A stretch of DNA of 64,000 nucleotides, from assembly GCA_020639315.1 (NCBI GenBank), contig JACKGM010000001.1, forward strand, positions 310,767 to 374,766, read 5' to 3'. How positions within the stretch are numbered: the first letter of the stretch is position 1; each line of letters starts with the position of its first letter. Positions 34,023 through 44,654 of this stretch are shown piece after piece. The translations under genes and the position numbers were made by a program. The notes under the pieces are model-generated. The model saw nothing but the letters and a program-made list of their open reading frames with translations. It did not search any database and was not told the origin of the DNA. Source of the DNA: Candidatus Nomurabacteria bacterium (lineage in GTDB: Bacteria > Patescibacteriota > Saccharimonadia > JAGOAT01).

Positions 34023-34817
34023 ATGGCATTTAAAAGACATGATTTAGCAATCTTAAGAGAGCTAGTGATCACTGATTTTAAACTTCGTTACCAAGGCTCT
34101 AGCTTGGGTTATTTGTGGTCATTGATGCGGCCATTAACTTTATTCACTATTTATTACCTAGTTTTTACCAAATTTTTGAGATTCGGTGATTCGATGGAAC
34201 ATTATACTACCTATCTATTGTCTGGTATTATGCTTTGGAGCTTTTTTAGCGAAGCTACGGTAGTCGGGATGCAGTCAATCGTCAGTCGTGCTGGGTTGAT
34301 TAGGAAATTGAATATCAATAAATCAGTGATTGTAATCTCGACCATTGTTTCAGCTCTAATCAATTTGCTAATCAATCTTCTGGTATTGGGGTTATTTCTT
34401 TGGTTGACTGGAGGGACGTATTTCGCGGGGATTTCGGTGATACTGGTGCCAGTGTATTTAGCTGGGCTAGTAATGCTAACGGTGGCAGTGGCATTTATCT
34501 TGGCTACCGGATATGTTTATTATCGTGATATTGGGCATTTGTGGGAAGTAGGCCTGCAGGCAATTTTTTATCTCACACCATTTATTTACCCAGTCAGTAT
34601 TATTCCTGAGCATTTTCGTAAGGTGATTATGCTGAGCCCATTAGCTTGTTTTGTCCAGGGTATACGAGAGCTGACAATTACCGATCAAGTGATTACTAGC
34701 TATCAAGTGGGTGGGTGGACCTATCTTGGGATAATAGGATTACTGATGGTAGCTATTATTGGGTTTGCTTGGATGATATTTGCTAAACAATCAAAGAAGT
34801 TTGCGGAGAATATATGA
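34023..34817 (+). CDS. ABC-2 type polysaccharide/teichoic-acid export permease (Wzm/TagG-like), copy 1
   Basis: It has six TM segments and the family-typical N-terminus ILRELVITDFKLRYQGSSLGYLWSLMRPL. TATAAT at 34011-34016 ends 6 nt before the ATG. Confidence 0.8.
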   Translation: MAFKRHDLAILRELVITDFKLRYQGSSLGYLWSLMRPLTLFTIYYLVFTKFLRFGDSMEHYTTYLLSGIMLWSFFSEATVVGMQSIVSRAGLIRKLNINKSVIVISTIVSALINLLINLLVLGLFLWLTGGTYFAGISVILVPVYLAGLVMLTVAVAFILATGYVYYRDIGHLWEVGLQAIFYLTPFIYPVSIIPEHFRKVIMLSPLACFVQGIRELTITDQVITSYQVGGWTYLGIIGLLMVAIIGFAWMIFAKQSKKFAENI

Positions 34818-36037
34818 CAAATAGTAAGCATCAAATATCCGTACAAGACTTGGTCAAGAGATTTAAGGTTCCGATCGATAAACCAAATTCTTTGAGGGGG
34901 AGAGCTTTGACGCTGGGCAAGCTTGATCAACGCGAGTTTTTGGCTTTGGATAAGGTCAGCTTTGGAATTAAGCGGGGAGAGTTCGTGGGGATAGTCGGCA
35001 AAAATGGTAGTGGCAAGTCTACCTTGCTTAAACTCATTGCTGGGATTTATCAACCCAGCTCTGGCAAAGTCAAGGTTAGGGGGCATTTGATACCTTTTAT
35101 CGAGCTAGGAGTGGGGTTCAATCTTGAACTGACTGGGAGAGAAAATGTTTATCTCAATGCCACCTTGATGGGCCTTAGCCATCAGTCGATTGATCGATTG
35201 TATGATCAAATAGTAGAATTTGCAGAGCTAGGGGACTTCATGGAGCAGAAGCTCAAAAATTATTCATCAGGTATGCAGGTTCGTTTGGCATTTTCAATTG
35301 CGATCAGGGCCAATGCAGACATCTTGCTGATCGATGAGGTTTTGGCAGTCGGAGATAGTAGTTTCCAGCAGAAATGTTTGGATTATTTTTATCAAGTTAA
35401 GCAATCAGATACTACTGTGATCCTAGTCACACACGATATGAGTATTGTTGAACAGTTTTGTGACCGAGCAATCCTCTTAGATCAGGGTAAGGTTAGTAAA
35501 GTAGGTAGTCCAAAGGAAATATCTTTGAGCTACCAAGCACTTAATTTTGGCTTAAGGCTAGAAGATCAGACCGTATCAGGTAAGCATCACCTTGTGAGCA
35601 ATAGATTGAAAGCCAAAAATGATCAAGGTGATGAGGTCAGTATTATCACTGGCGGAGTAGTAGTCGATAATCAGTACTGTAACCAAGTTCAATTTGGTCA
35701 ATCAATTTCGCTGAGGCTGGAGTGCCTTAGTAGTGTTTCGCAACAATGCTCGATTGGGATTGGTATTTATGATAGTAAGAATCAGTATCTGATTGATTTG
35801 AATTCAAAACATACCAAACGGGCTTTAGATTTAAAGAAGGGTAGGATAATAGTAGACATTAATCCTGAGGGCTTACAGCTCAACCCAGGTAAATATCGGA
35901 TAGCAGTTGGTGTTTATAATAGCTCTGGTTTGACCTTTGATTATGTGGAAAATCTATTTGAATTTATAGTGTTAGGGGCTGAAAGATGGGGGCTAATTAG
36001 TGTGGATAGTGTTTGGGAGCTAAACTCCAATGTCTAG
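34814..36037 (+). CDS. ABC export ATP-binding protein (Wzt/TagH-like) with an extra C-terminal domain, copy 1
   Basis: Walker A is GKNGSGKSTLLK, the signature is YSSGMQVRLAFS and Walker B is ILLIDEVLAVGD. About 150 extra C-terminal residues follow. Confidence 0.85.
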   Translation: MTNSKHQISVQDLVKRFKVPIDKPNSLRGRALTLGKLDQREFLALDKVSFGIKRGEFVGIVGKNGSGKSTLLKLIAGIYQPSSGKVKVRGHLIPFIELGVGFNLELTGRENVYLNATLMGLSHQSIDRLYDQIVEFAELGDFMEQKLKNYSSGMQVRLAFSIAIRANADILLIDEVLAVGDSSFQQKCLDYFYQVKQSDTTVILVTHDMSIVEQFCDRAILLDQGKVSKVGSPKEISLSYQALNFGLRLEDQTVSGKHHLVSNRLKAKNDQGDEVSIITGGVVVDNQYCNQVQFGQSISLRLECLSSVSQQCSIGIGIYDSKNQYLIDLNSKHTKRALDLKKGRIIVDINPEGLQLNPGKYRIAVGVYNSSGLTFDYVENLFEFIVLGAERWGLISVDSVWELNSNV

Positions 36038-37061
36038 TACTGACAGAATACTAGTAATTATTCCGAATTGGAATGGAGCAGACTGGATCGGGGATTGCCT
36101 AAGATCACTTTCAAAGATTAATAAACCAGAAAATACAATAGTAGATACTGTAGTGGTAGACAATGGCTCGACTGATAATTCTCTCAAGCTGATTGATAGA
36201 TATTATTCAGAAGTAAAGGTTTTGAAGCTGGACTCCAATCAGGGTTTTACCGGCGGCGTAAATGTTGGTCTTAATTATGCTATCTCTGAGAGCTATCAAT
36301 TTGCAGCAGTACTCAATAATGACGCAATAGTTGATACGAATTGGATTGTAGAACTATATCAGACATTTTTTGATTCTGAGGATATTGCTGCAGTTGCACC
36401 AAAAACCCTGATGACTCGTAAGTCTTCAGGCAAATATTTAATCGATAGTGCTGGAGATCACTATTCAATCTGGGGGGTTGCCTTCCCTAGGGGAAGAGGA
36501 CAAGAAGACAATTCTCAGTTTGACCAAAAGATCGAAGTTTTTGCAGCTAGTGGTTGTGCTAGTATGTTCAGGGTCAGTGCCTTACTAGAAGTCGGGCTAT
36601 TAGATCAAAAATTCTTTGCTTATTATGAGGATGTAGATTTGTCTTTCAGGTTAAGATTAGCAGGATACAAAGTGCTTTACCAGCCAAAAGCAGTAGTCTA
36701 TCATTACCTAAGTAAAACTTCTGGTCAGGGAATGAATAGCTTTAAGCAGTATCATGCAATCAAAAATATGCTCTATGTTTATAATAAAGATATGCCAGGC
36801 TGGCTGTGGGCCAAATACTTACCAAGATTTGGGTTGTTAAATCTGATCTGGTTAGTTGGGGCTACAAGGAGGGGGTTATTTATCCCAACCATTAGAGCCT
36901 ACTTGGTTGCTAGTTTTAATCTACCCTATATCATCAGCAAAAGATCAATCTATCAGAGTAAAAGAATTGTGAATAGCCAAGATATTGAAGTACTACTAGA
37001 TCGAGAATATTATCGGCCATTTGCCAGTATCATAGGCAAACTAAAGGGTAAGAGGAGTTAA
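36030..37061 (+). CDS. Family 2 glycosyltransferase
   Basis: Motifs VIIPNWNG, VVDNGSTDNS, NQGFTGGVN and an ED-containing acceptor region. Confidence 0.75.
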   Translation: MSSTDRILVIIPNWNGADWIGDCLRSLSKINKPENTIVDTVVVDNGSTDNSLKLIDRYYSEVKVLKLDSNQGFTGGVNVGLNYAISESYQFAAVLNNDAIVDTNWIVELYQTFFDSEDIAAVAPKTLMTRKSSGKYLIDSAGDHYSIWGVAFPRGRGQEDNSQFDQKIEVFAASGCASMFRVSALLEVGLLDQKFFAYYEDVDLSFRLRLAGYKVLYQPKAVVYHYLSKTSGQGMNSFKQYHAIKNMLYVYNKDMPGWLWAKYLPRFGLLNLIWLVGATRRGLFIPTIRAYLVASFNLPYIISKRSIYQSKRIVNSQDIEVLLDREYYRPFASIIGKLKGKRS

Positions 37062-37064
37062 AGA

Positions 37065-38480
37065 TTGGAAAATAAGAAGAAATTTGTAGTTATCTCAATG
37101 GATCAGGTCAATAAGATCATGTCTGGTCCTGGGCAAAGGGCCTGGGAACTGGCCATAAGGCTATCAGAGCAGTATCAGGTCACATTGTATACACCAAACA
37201 TTTCAGATCTAACAAGTGAGCAATTCCAGATAAAAAGTTTTGATTTGTTGAACCCGATTGAGCTTAGGGCTGATTGCGGGAGTGCAGATTATATATTGTA
37301 TCAGACTGTCAGGTTGTATCTAAGGGAGTGGGCTGGCAAGGATACCAAGATCATTGCAGACCTTTTTGACCCAATATTTTTAGAGGCACTTGAAGTCTAT
37401 AAGTATAAGAGTCTAAAGTACCAATCTGAGATTCATCAGGCACTCATTGAGGAGATCAAACAAACTATTATCAATTCGGACTATTTCATCTGTGCCAATC
37501 AGCGTCAAAAAGATCTATGGTTAGGATTTATTTTTTTACTAGGTAAGACTAATCCTGCTAGCTACCATGATTATCCTAACCTGGAAAATTTGATTACGAT
37601 TGTCCCATTTGGCTTGCCAGAGAAACTCGACTTACGCAAAACCTCGAATACTCCAGGCTTGCCTTCCAAAGATTCAGGGATTTTGCGTAATTCGAGTAAA
37701 GGAAATCTCAACAGTAAGGCTAGTCTCCGCAAGAAATTCGGCTTTTCGGATCATGATAAGTTAGTAGTCTGGACAGGAGGTCTCTGGAACTGGTTTGATA
37801 CGGAGATTATCATCGAGGCGTTTAAGATAATTAGCCAGACCAGACGAGATATCAAGATGGTTTTTTATGGTTATAAACTTGTCAATACCGATATGGGATC
37901 TGAGGTCACGATGTCTGCGGATAAGGCCTACGCCTTAGCAAAAAAATACAGGCTACTTGATAGCGCGGTATTTTATTATCCTGATTGGATTAGCCCTTCT
38001 GAGATGCTTAATCACCTCGAAGAAGCTGACATTGGGATTAGTACCCACTATGACAACCTTGAGACTAGGTTTTCCAATCGGACTAGGGCTTTATATTTCA
38101 TTAAGGCAAGATTGCCTTTTATTACGACCAAGGGTGACATCTTTGCTGAGTTAGTGGAGCAAAAACAGCTTGGTCGCGTGGTAGATCAGGGCGATACTAA
38201 TCAGCTGGCTAATACGATAATCGAATTGCTAGACTCGGACTTGAATTCGATTAAAGGTCAATTTGATCTGATAGACCAAGAGTTAAGCTGGGATCAGGGA
38301 GTAGCCAACCTTAATCAAATGCTTGCAATAGACAATACCAAGTATCAACAGTTTAAATTGAAGCCCAAAAAAGATACCAAACTCAAGTACTTGATCAGAG
38401 AAACCCTAAGAAAGCTGGGTTTACTAGGTATTGTTAGGTCACTTCGGATTAAGGTTAAAGAGAGGCAAATAAATGAATAG
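37065..38480 (+). CDS. GT-B fold (GT4-like) glycosyltransferase with an in-frame palindromic-element insertion
   Basis: TTG start. Residues LDLRKTSNTPGLPSKDSGILRNSS, encoded at 37626-37696, sit between the two Rossmann-like halves. Confidence 0.6.
   Translation: MENKKKFVVISMDQVNKIMSGPGQRAWELAIRLSEQYQVTLYTPNISDLTSEQFQIKSFDLLNPIELRADCGSADYILYQTVRLYLREWAGKDTKIIADLFDPIFLEALEVYKYKSLKYQSEIHQALIEEIKQTIINSDYFICANQRQKDLWLGFIFLLGKTNPASYHDYPNLENLITIVPFGLPEKLDLRKTSNTPGLPSKDSGILRNSSKGNLNSKASLRKKFGFSDHDKLVVWTGGLWNWFDTEIIIEAFKIISQTRRDIKMVFYGYKLVNTDMGSEVTMSADKAYALAKKYRLLDSAVFYYPDWISPSEMLNHLEEADIGISTHYDNLETRFSNRTRALYFIKARLPFITTKGDIFAELVEQKQLGRVVDQGDTNQLANTIIELLDSDLNSIKGQFDLIDQELSWDQGVANLNQMLAIDNTKYQQFKLKPKKDTKLKYLIRETLRKLGLLGIVRSLRIKVKERQINE
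37626..37696. mobile_element. Palindromic element family 2, copy b (about 71 bp, short form), inside a CDS with the frame preserved
   Basis: The sequence is CTCGACTTACGCAAAACCTCGAATACTCCAGGCTTGCCTTCC...GGGATTTTGCGTAATTCGAG. Its left 42 nt match the reverse complement of 32772-32813 apart from two substitutions. Confidence 0.7.
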
Positions 38481-40194
38481 ATACCCAGATGACTATTCAC
38501 CTAAGGTATCATTTGTGGTTTTGAGCTATAATTCCTCTCAGTATTTGGAGGCTTGCCTAAAGTCTATTAAACGTCAAACCTATCAAAACTGGGAACTTAT
38601 CGTAGTCGATAATAACTCTAGTGATGACTCTTCTCGGATTGTGAAAGAGTTAGATTTCGTCGATAGTTTTTACCAAAATACTGCCAACTCTGGCTATGCC
38701 GAAGGTCAACGGATTGCTTTAGGGTTAATTAGTCCAAAGTCAGAGTGGGTAGCCCTGATCAATGCTGATAGTATTTTGGATGAGCAGTGGCTAATGTCTC
38801 TAATAGATTTTTTAAGAGGCAAGCAGTATATTGGAGCAATTAGAGGTGCCTCATACCCCTACCAAGATCACTTTAAGTCAGCTAAAAGGACTGATCCCAA
38901 AGCAAGGATTTCTTACCAATCAATCGATCCTCTGACTGCTTACACTAGTATGATATCAGATGACGGGTCCAGACTCAGTGTCAATAACCTTGCAGGGGAC
39001 GCTGTACTCGTCAATCTTTCTGTCTCTCAGATCTTGGGATATTTTGACTCGGATTTTTTTGCTTACTATGAGGAGACCGATTTGTTTGCTAGGATCAAAC
39101 GCCATGGCTGGAACTTGTCTTATACACCAGAGGCAGCTAGCTGGCATTTGGGTAGAGGGAGCAATATATCAGATGAGTTTTATTATTATCTAATTCAACG
39201 CAATAGATTTAGGTATGCAGTCAAAAACTTTGACACAAGCTATCTAGTCAGGTTTTTATTTTACTATTACCTGGAAACATTTTATTTTCTGAGGATTATT
39301 TATCATAATCATCGAGATAAATATGCAATCGCTAGCTTGAGAGCGATTGCTGTCAATACATTGAGATTTTTTACTACCCTAAGGTCAAGGAAAGAAGTGG
39401 TGGATTATGGCTATAGTTATTCAACTATTCTGGAGATTGAGGCAATGGCTGATATTACAATTGTAATTACTTGCTATAATAAGGCAAGCTATATCAAGCA
39501 AGCAATTGATAGTGCGCTTAGTCAGTCTTATGCTCCAGCCGAGGTGATAGTGATCGATGATTGCTCGACTGATAGCTCCAGGGATCTGATTCAAGAATTT
39601 CAAGGTAGGGTTACGATCATAGATAATGCTAAGAATCTTGGCGTGTCTAAGGTTAAAAATATGGCAATTGATCAAGCAAAGACCAAATATCTTGTGATTC
39701 TAGACGGGGATGATTATTTGGAGCCGGATTATCTTAGGCAACTGGGATATAAGATCAAACATGAAACTCTAGATGTGGTCTATAGTGCTGCTTGGCATAA
39801 GGGAGAAAGAGATAATATTTCACCAATCCCAGCAACAACTTCAATTTTGAAATTGTTAGAGCGTAATTACATTAATAGTAGTGCACTCTTAAACCTCGAG
39901 TTTGTTAAGGGGATGAATATTAGATTTGATCAGGATATGAAGCTCGGAGCAGAGGATTGGGAATTTTTCTTGCAGATGATGAAGTCTGGGGCAAGGTTTG
40001 GTTCGCTAGGACAAGCTCTAATCAATATTAGAATCAATAGTCAGGGGGTAAACTCAAAATTTGTCAAAAACTTTGAACAGGTCAATGACTATATCAAGGG
40101 TAAGCACCGCTTATTGTTTGGATTAAGGGGACTGTATGTACCAGTCATTTATCTAAGAAGGGGGTTAGCTCATTGGCTATTTTTATATAGGTAG
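38473..40194 (+). CDS. Bifunctional glycosyltransferase with two GT2 domains
   Basis: The two GT2 N-terminal signatures are VSFVVLSYNS...VVDNNSSDDS and ITIVITCYNK...VIDDCSTDSS. Confidence 0.75.
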   Translation: MNRYPDDYSPKVSFVVLSYNSSQYLEACLKSIKRQTYQNWELIVVDNNSSDDSSRIVKELDFVDSFYQNTANSGYAEGQRIALGLISPKSEWVALINADSILDEQWLMSLIDFLRGKQYIGAIRGASYPYQDHFKSAKRTDPKARISYQSIDPLTAYTSMISDDGSRLSVNNLAGDAVLVNLSVSQILGYFDSDFFAYYEETDLFARIKRHGWNLSYTPEAASWHLGRGSNISDEFYYYLIQRNRFRYAVKNFDTSYLVRFLFYYYLETFYFLRIIYHNHRDKYAIASLRAIAVNTLRFFTTLRSRKEVVDYGYSYSTILEIEAMADITIVITCYNKASYIKQAIDSALSQSYAPAEVIVIDDCSTDSSRDLIQEFQGRVTIIDNAKNLGVSKVKNMAIDQAKTKYLVILDGDDYLEPDYLRQLGYKIKHETLDVVYSAAWHKGERDNISPIPATTSILKLLERNYINSSALLNLEFVKGMNIRFDQDMKLGAEDWEFFLQMMKSGARFGSLGQALINIRINSQGVNSKFVKNFEQVNDYIKGKHRLLFGLRGLYVPVIYLRRGLAHWLFLYR

Positions 40195-40215
40195 TAGTCG
40201 TATATAATGATTAGT

Positions 40216-41742
40216 ATGGATTTGATTAATAGCTTGTCTTACAGTCCTCAAGAACTAAGCTTTGGAACATCTGGACTGAGGGGTCTAGTGGCAGACATGA
40301 CTGATTTGGAATGCTATATCAATACTATGGGGTTTATTGATTATCTAAAAAAAACCGATCAAGATATCAAAAAGATTGCAATAGCAGGAGATCTGAGGAG
40401 CTCAACTCCTAGAATTCTTGAGGCAATCGTGGTAGCAATCACTGATCAAGGAATAGAATATGATTATTGTGGCTTAATTCCAACCCCGGCATTAGCTTAT
40501 TATGCAATCAATCAATCAACACCATCAATCATGGTCACCGGGTCCCATATCCCCGATGATCGCAATGGAATCAAATATTACAAGTCTGATGGTGAAATTT
40601 TAAAATCAGATGAAGCTGAAATCAAGCAGTCGGTAGCCAGGGTTCGATCACGACTTTATAGTAGTACTAGCTTTGATTTTGATTCTATGGGTAGATTGAA
40701 AACCAGACCAACCTTGCCCGAGCCAAATCTTGAGGCTGAGACTATATACAAACAGCGTTATTTAGACTTTTTTGACAGTCAGGCTTTGGCTGGAAGACAA
40801 ATTGTTTTTTATCAGCATTCAGCTGTCGGCAGAGAGCTAATTCCAGAAATCTTGACTGGGCTGGGAGCTGAGGTGATTACAGTAGGTCTTTCAGAAGAAT
40901 TTATCCCGGTGGATTCAGAGAATATTGATATTAAAAAACAGAAATTTTACCACCAAATCGCTGATCAGTACCCAGATGCCTTTGCGATTGTCTCAACAGA
41001 CGGAGACAGTGATCGCCCGCTGGTCTTCGATCAGGATGGTAATTTTCAGATGGGAGATATCTTAGGTCTGGCAGTCGCTAGAGAGCTGGGGGCTAGGGTA
41101 GTAGCTTTCCCAGTTAGTTCCAATAGCGCGCTTGCGAATTATTGCCAAGATAATGATATTAACTATCAATTGACCAAGATAGGATCGCCTTATGTGATTA
41201 AGAGTCTGGAAGACAGCGAGGGTCAAGTAATCAAGGCTGGCTGGGAGGTCAATGGGGGATTTATCTTAGGCTCAGATATATCTGAGGCGGGAAGGCAACT
41301 CAAGGCTTTGCTGACTAGAGACGCAACCTTACCAATCATCGTCAGTCTACTTGCAAGTATCAATCAAGGTCAATCAGTCTCAGAGTATTTCAAAAGGCTC
41401 ACAACTAGCTATACCCAGGTAGGGTTAATTGATAATTTCCCAGTAACTAGTAGTCAAGCTATTGTGGAGCTGTTATCTAGCCGATCAGATAATAGCAGTA
41501 AGATTATCGAGCAGATTTTTAGCCAAGAGCATGGATTCGGCAAGTATCAGTCTATTGATTTAACCGATGGAGTTAGGATATTATTTGATAATGGAGAGAT
41601 AGCCCACATCAGACCATCTGGAAACGCACCTCAGCTCAGGATTTATAGCAATGCCACTTCTCAGGCTAGGGCTAATCAGATCGTCGAGCTGGGGATCAAA
41701 GAACCCGATGGGTTGCTCAGGCAGCTAGAGCAAGAGATCTAG
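40216..41742 (+). CDS. Phosphomannomutase/phosphoglucomutase family enzyme
   Basis: The active-site loop is TGSHIPDDRNGIKYY and the metal loop is STDGDSDRP. The ORF track starts at 40207; I prefer the ATG at 40216, which lies 7 nt after TATAAT (40203-40208). Confidence 0.8.
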   Translation: MDLINSLSYSPQELSFGTSGLRGLVADMTDLECYINTMGFIDYLKKTDQDIKKIAIAGDLRSSTPRILEAIVVAITDQGIEYDYCGLIPTPALAYYAINQSTPSIMVTGSHIPDDRNGIKYYKSDGEILKSDEAEIKQSVARVRSRLYSSTSFDFDSMGRLKTRPTLPEPNLEAETIYKQRYLDFFDSQALAGRQIVFYQHSAVGRELIPEILTGLGAEVITVGLSEEFIPVDSENIDIKKQKFYHQIADQYPDAFAIVSTDGDSDRPLVFDQDGNFQMGDILGLAVARELGARVVAFPVSSNSALANYCQDNDINYQLTKIGSPYVIKSLEDSEGQVIKAGWEVNGGFILGSDISEAGRQLKALLTRDATLPIIVSLLASINQGQSVSEYFKRLTTSYTQVGLIDNFPVTSSQAIVELLSSRSDNSSKIIEQIFSQEHGFGKYQSIDLTDGVRILFDNGEIAHIRPSGNAPQLRIYSNATSQARANQIVELGIKEPDGLLRQLEQEI

Positions 41743-41818
41743 GCATGTTATAATAATGGTTGTAAAGCTGTATGGCAACCGGATTGGTTTAGTTGTCAGA
41801 TAAAATGGAGGGTGAATT

Positions 41819-42859
41819 ATGATAAAAAAGGCATTGATTACGGGCGTAGCGGGTCAGGATGGCAGACATCTAGCGAAGTTGCTAGATAAAAAAGGTTATC
41901 AGGTATTTGGAACACTCAGAGGGCAGCTTGAGGCTAGTCACCCTCGGTACCAGGGAGTTCAAAGAGATATGCCATTCCTTAAGATTATGATTGCAGATTC
42001 CTTGGATCTGAGTGCTCTGACTAGGGCGGTTAAGGAAATCAAACCAGATGAGGTTTATAATCTTGCTGCGATTAGCCATGTGGGTTATTCTTTTCATAAC
42101 CCCTTGTTGACGGCTGATGTTACAGCCAAGGGGGTATTAAATATCCTAGAGGCAATTAGATTGGCTGGCCTTCAAGATAAAACAAGATTTTATCAAGCCT
42201 CAACCTCAGAAATGTTTGGAGGGCTAGAGTATAATCGTCCAGACCAAGGATATGATGAAAGCGCAGCATTTCATCCTCGTAGTCCCTATGGTGTTGCCAA
42301 ATTATATGGGTATTGGATTACGAGAAATTATCGAGAGAGCTATGGTATGTATGCGACCAATGGTATTCTTTTTAACCACGAAGGGGAGAATCGAGGCCCA
42401 GAATTTGTGACTAGGAAGATTAGTCTAGCAGTAGCTAGAATTAAGGCAGGGGATCAGGAATATCTGGAGCTAGGCAATCTAGATGCTAAGCGTGATTGGG
42501 GTTATGCTGGAGATTATGTAGAGGGAATGTGGCGAATCTTGCAGCAAGATCAGCCTGAAGATTACGTTTTAGCAACTGGAGAGACCCATTCAGTCAGGGA
42601 TTTTTGTAATCTAGCTTTCCAGGTTATTGGCTTGACAATAACCTGGAAAGGAGAGGGAGAAGATGAGGTTGGCTTAGATCAAGATGGCATTATGCGTATT
42701 AAGATTAATTCAGAATACTATCGTCCAGCTGAAGTTGATCTTTTACTTGGAGATCCGAGTAAAGCAGAGCAGAAGCTTGGCTGGAGTAGACATACTAGCT
42801 TTGGCGATCTAGTCAAGTTGATGGTAGATAAAGATCTAGAGAGATTATCTGCTAGCTAA
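41819..42859 (+). CDS. gmd: GDP-mannose 4,6-dehydratase
   Basis: Motifs ALITGVAGQDGRHLAKLL, FYQASTSEMFG and SPYGVAKLYGYWITRNYRESYG...LFNHEGENRG. The SD is GGAGGG. Confidence 0.9.
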   Translation: MIKKALITGVAGQDGRHLAKLLDKKGYQVFGTLRGQLEASHPRYQGVQRDMPFLKIMIADSLDLSALTRAVKEIKPDEVYNLAAISHVGYSFHNPLLTADVTAKGVLNILEAIRLAGLQDKTRFYQASTSEMFGGLEYNRPDQGYDESAAFHPRSPYGVAKLYGYWITRNYRESYGMYATNGILFNHEGENRGPEFVTRKISLAVARIKAGDQEYLELGNLDAKRDWGYAGDYVEGMWRILQQDQPEDYVLATGETHSVRDFCNLAFQVIGLTITWKGEGEDEVGLDQDGIMRIKINSEYYRPAEVDLLLGDPSKAEQKLGWSRHTSFGDLVKLMVDKDLERLSAS

Positions 42860-43759
42860 ATAGTCTCTAATAGTTTGTTTGATAGTATATTTTGGCTGCC
42901 AGTTGTATTCATTGACTAGCCTAAGATTATTACCCCTGATCTCGGGTATATCATTGGGTCTAATCAGGGATTGCTCTACTATAATGCTTGGCATTTTGAT
43001 CTTAAGCAAATGAACGATGTAGTTTAAAATCTCTTCGCCGCTATAACTAACCCCAGAGCAAACATTATATAGGAAATGGTTAGGTAGCTTATCCGCTGCA
43101 ATAATCAATCTATAGGCTCTTACTACGTCACGCACATCAGTATAATCCCGTTTTGTGGTTAAGTTCCCCACTGTAATCTCGTTTGACCCATTATCTGATT
43201 TGATTATCCGATCTGTCAAATCTGGTATTAGAAATCCCAAACCTTGTTCCGGTCCAATGTGATTGAAGGGTCGGACTACGGTACAATGCATCCCTCTGGA
43301 GTTGTAGTACTGAGCCTGGTTCTCTAATAGCACTTTGCTTACACTATAAGGGGAAGTGAAGACAACTGGAGAGGTTTCATCAATCGGCATTGGCTGGTGG
43401 GGATCATAAATAGATGCACTGCTGACGACAAGTATTCTTGGATCTTCGTTTTTACCTAGGTAGTACTCGCAGATATTGGTAAAAATTGCCGAATTAATTG
43501 AAATATAAGCTTGAGGTTGGTCAAAAGATGGACCAACTGCTGCTAACCCTGCTAGATGAATAATCGCGTCAATTCGATGACTTGAGGGTGGAAATTTCCT
43601 AGATAGATCAGCGGATTGATAATCGGCAATCAAGGATTCAATTTGTTGATTTGGTAGATCTTCAGTACCAATTCCGTAGACTTGATGACCAAAGTTAACT
43701 AACTCTTTAGTCAGGTGTTTCCCCACAAACCCATTAATACCCGTTATCAAAATATTCAT
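42845..43759 (-). CDS. NAD-dependent epimerase/reductase, a candidate GDP-4-keto-6-deoxy-D-mannose reductase (Rmd-like)
   Basis: Motifs ILITGINGFVGKHL, SPYSVSKVLLE and RPFNHIGPEQ. The gene is convergent with gmd and overlaps it by 15 bp. Confidence 0.55.
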   Translation of the reverse strand: MNILITGINGFVGKHLTKELVNFGHQVYGIGTEDLPNQQIESLIADYQSADLSRKFPPSSHRIDAIIHLAGLAAVGPSFDQPQAYISINSAIFTNICEYYLGKNEDPRILVVSSASIYDPHQPMPIDETSPVVFTSPYSVSKVLLENQAQYYNSRGMHCTVVRPFNHIGPEQGLGFLIPDLTDRIIKSDNGSNEITVGNLTTKRDYTDVRDVVRAYRLIIAADKLPNHFLYNVCSGVSYSGEEILNYIVHLLKIKMPSIIVEQSLIRPNDIPEIRGNNLRLVNEYNWQPKYTIKQTIRDYLASR

Positions 43760-43816
43760 ATACTAATCTTGCCATAAGACTAGGGAGTAAGGCAACCAGT
43801 ACATATAGCTTTGACA

Positions 43817-43825
43817 TGCTATAAT
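43817..43825 (+). promoter_or_regulatory. Extended -10 element TGCTATAAT, ending 7 nt before the ATG at 43833 (leaderless geometry)
   Basis: Read directly from the sequence; there is no SD before 43833. Confidence 0.4.
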
Positions 43826-43832
43826 AAACAAG

Positions 43833-44654
43833 ATGAATAAGTATCAAACTATCAGGCAGCGCTACCATTACCCCATGATAATTCTCAAGCAAATGGTAGT
43901 AACTGATTTTCAACTTCGTTATCAGGGTTCGGCCCTAGGGTATGCTTGGTCACTGCTCAAGCCACTATTCATGTTTGCGATTTTATATGGAGTATTTGGG
44001 TTTGTCTTAAAAACTGGTGGTAGTGTGGATAATTTTCCGGTCTATTTATTGCTTGGAATACTACTGTGGAATTTTTTTGCCGAAGTAACGACAATTAGTG
44101 TCGGGGCAATCGTCGGTAAGGGTGATATCATTCGCAAATTGAATTTTCCCAAGTTTGTCTTAATACTCTCAGGGGTATTTAGTGCTATGATCAATCTCGG
44201 GATTAGCTTTATCGTAATGATTGTTTTTATGGCTATTAGCCATGTACATATTAGTAATCTAGCATTTCTTTTCCCTTTACTGATTATAGAATTAGTAATA
44301 TTCGCTTTTAGTATTGGCTTAATATTGAGTGCGATGTTTGTTAGGTATCGTGATATTAGCTATATCTGGGAGATCTTTTTGCAAATATTTTTTTATTTAA
44401 CCCCAATCATTTATACTGTAGATTATGTCAGTAACCAATCTAGGCTACTAGCTAAGATACAAATGGTTAATCCCCTAGCCCAGATTATCCAAGATTCTCG
44501 TCACTTGTTAGTAACACCACAAGCTCAAACAGGGGTGACAATATTTGGTTCTTATACCTATTACCTAGTACCAATATCCATAGTAATATTAGCGATGATT
44601 TTCGGGGTATCGTATTTTAGAAAAAAAGCCCCAAGATTTGCTGAGGAGGTTTGA
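43833..44654 (+). CDS. ABC-2 type export permease (Wzm/TagG-like), copy 2
   Basis: Paralog of 34023-34817, with ILKQMVVTDFQLRYQGSALGYAWSLLKPL. Confidence 0.8.
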   Translation: MNKYQTIRQRYHYPMIILKQMVVTDFQLRYQGSALGYAWSLLKPLFMFAILYGVFGFVLKTGGSVDNFPVYLLLGILLWNFFAEVTTISVGAIVGKGDIIRKLNFPKFVLILSGVFSAMINLGISFIVMIVFMAISHVHISNLAFLFPLLIIELVIFAFSIGLILSAMFVRYRDISYIWEIFLQIFFYLTPIIYTVDYVSNQSRLLAKIQMVNPLAQIIQDSRHLLVTPQAQTGVTIFGSYTYYLVPISIVILAMIFGVSYFRKKAPRFAEEV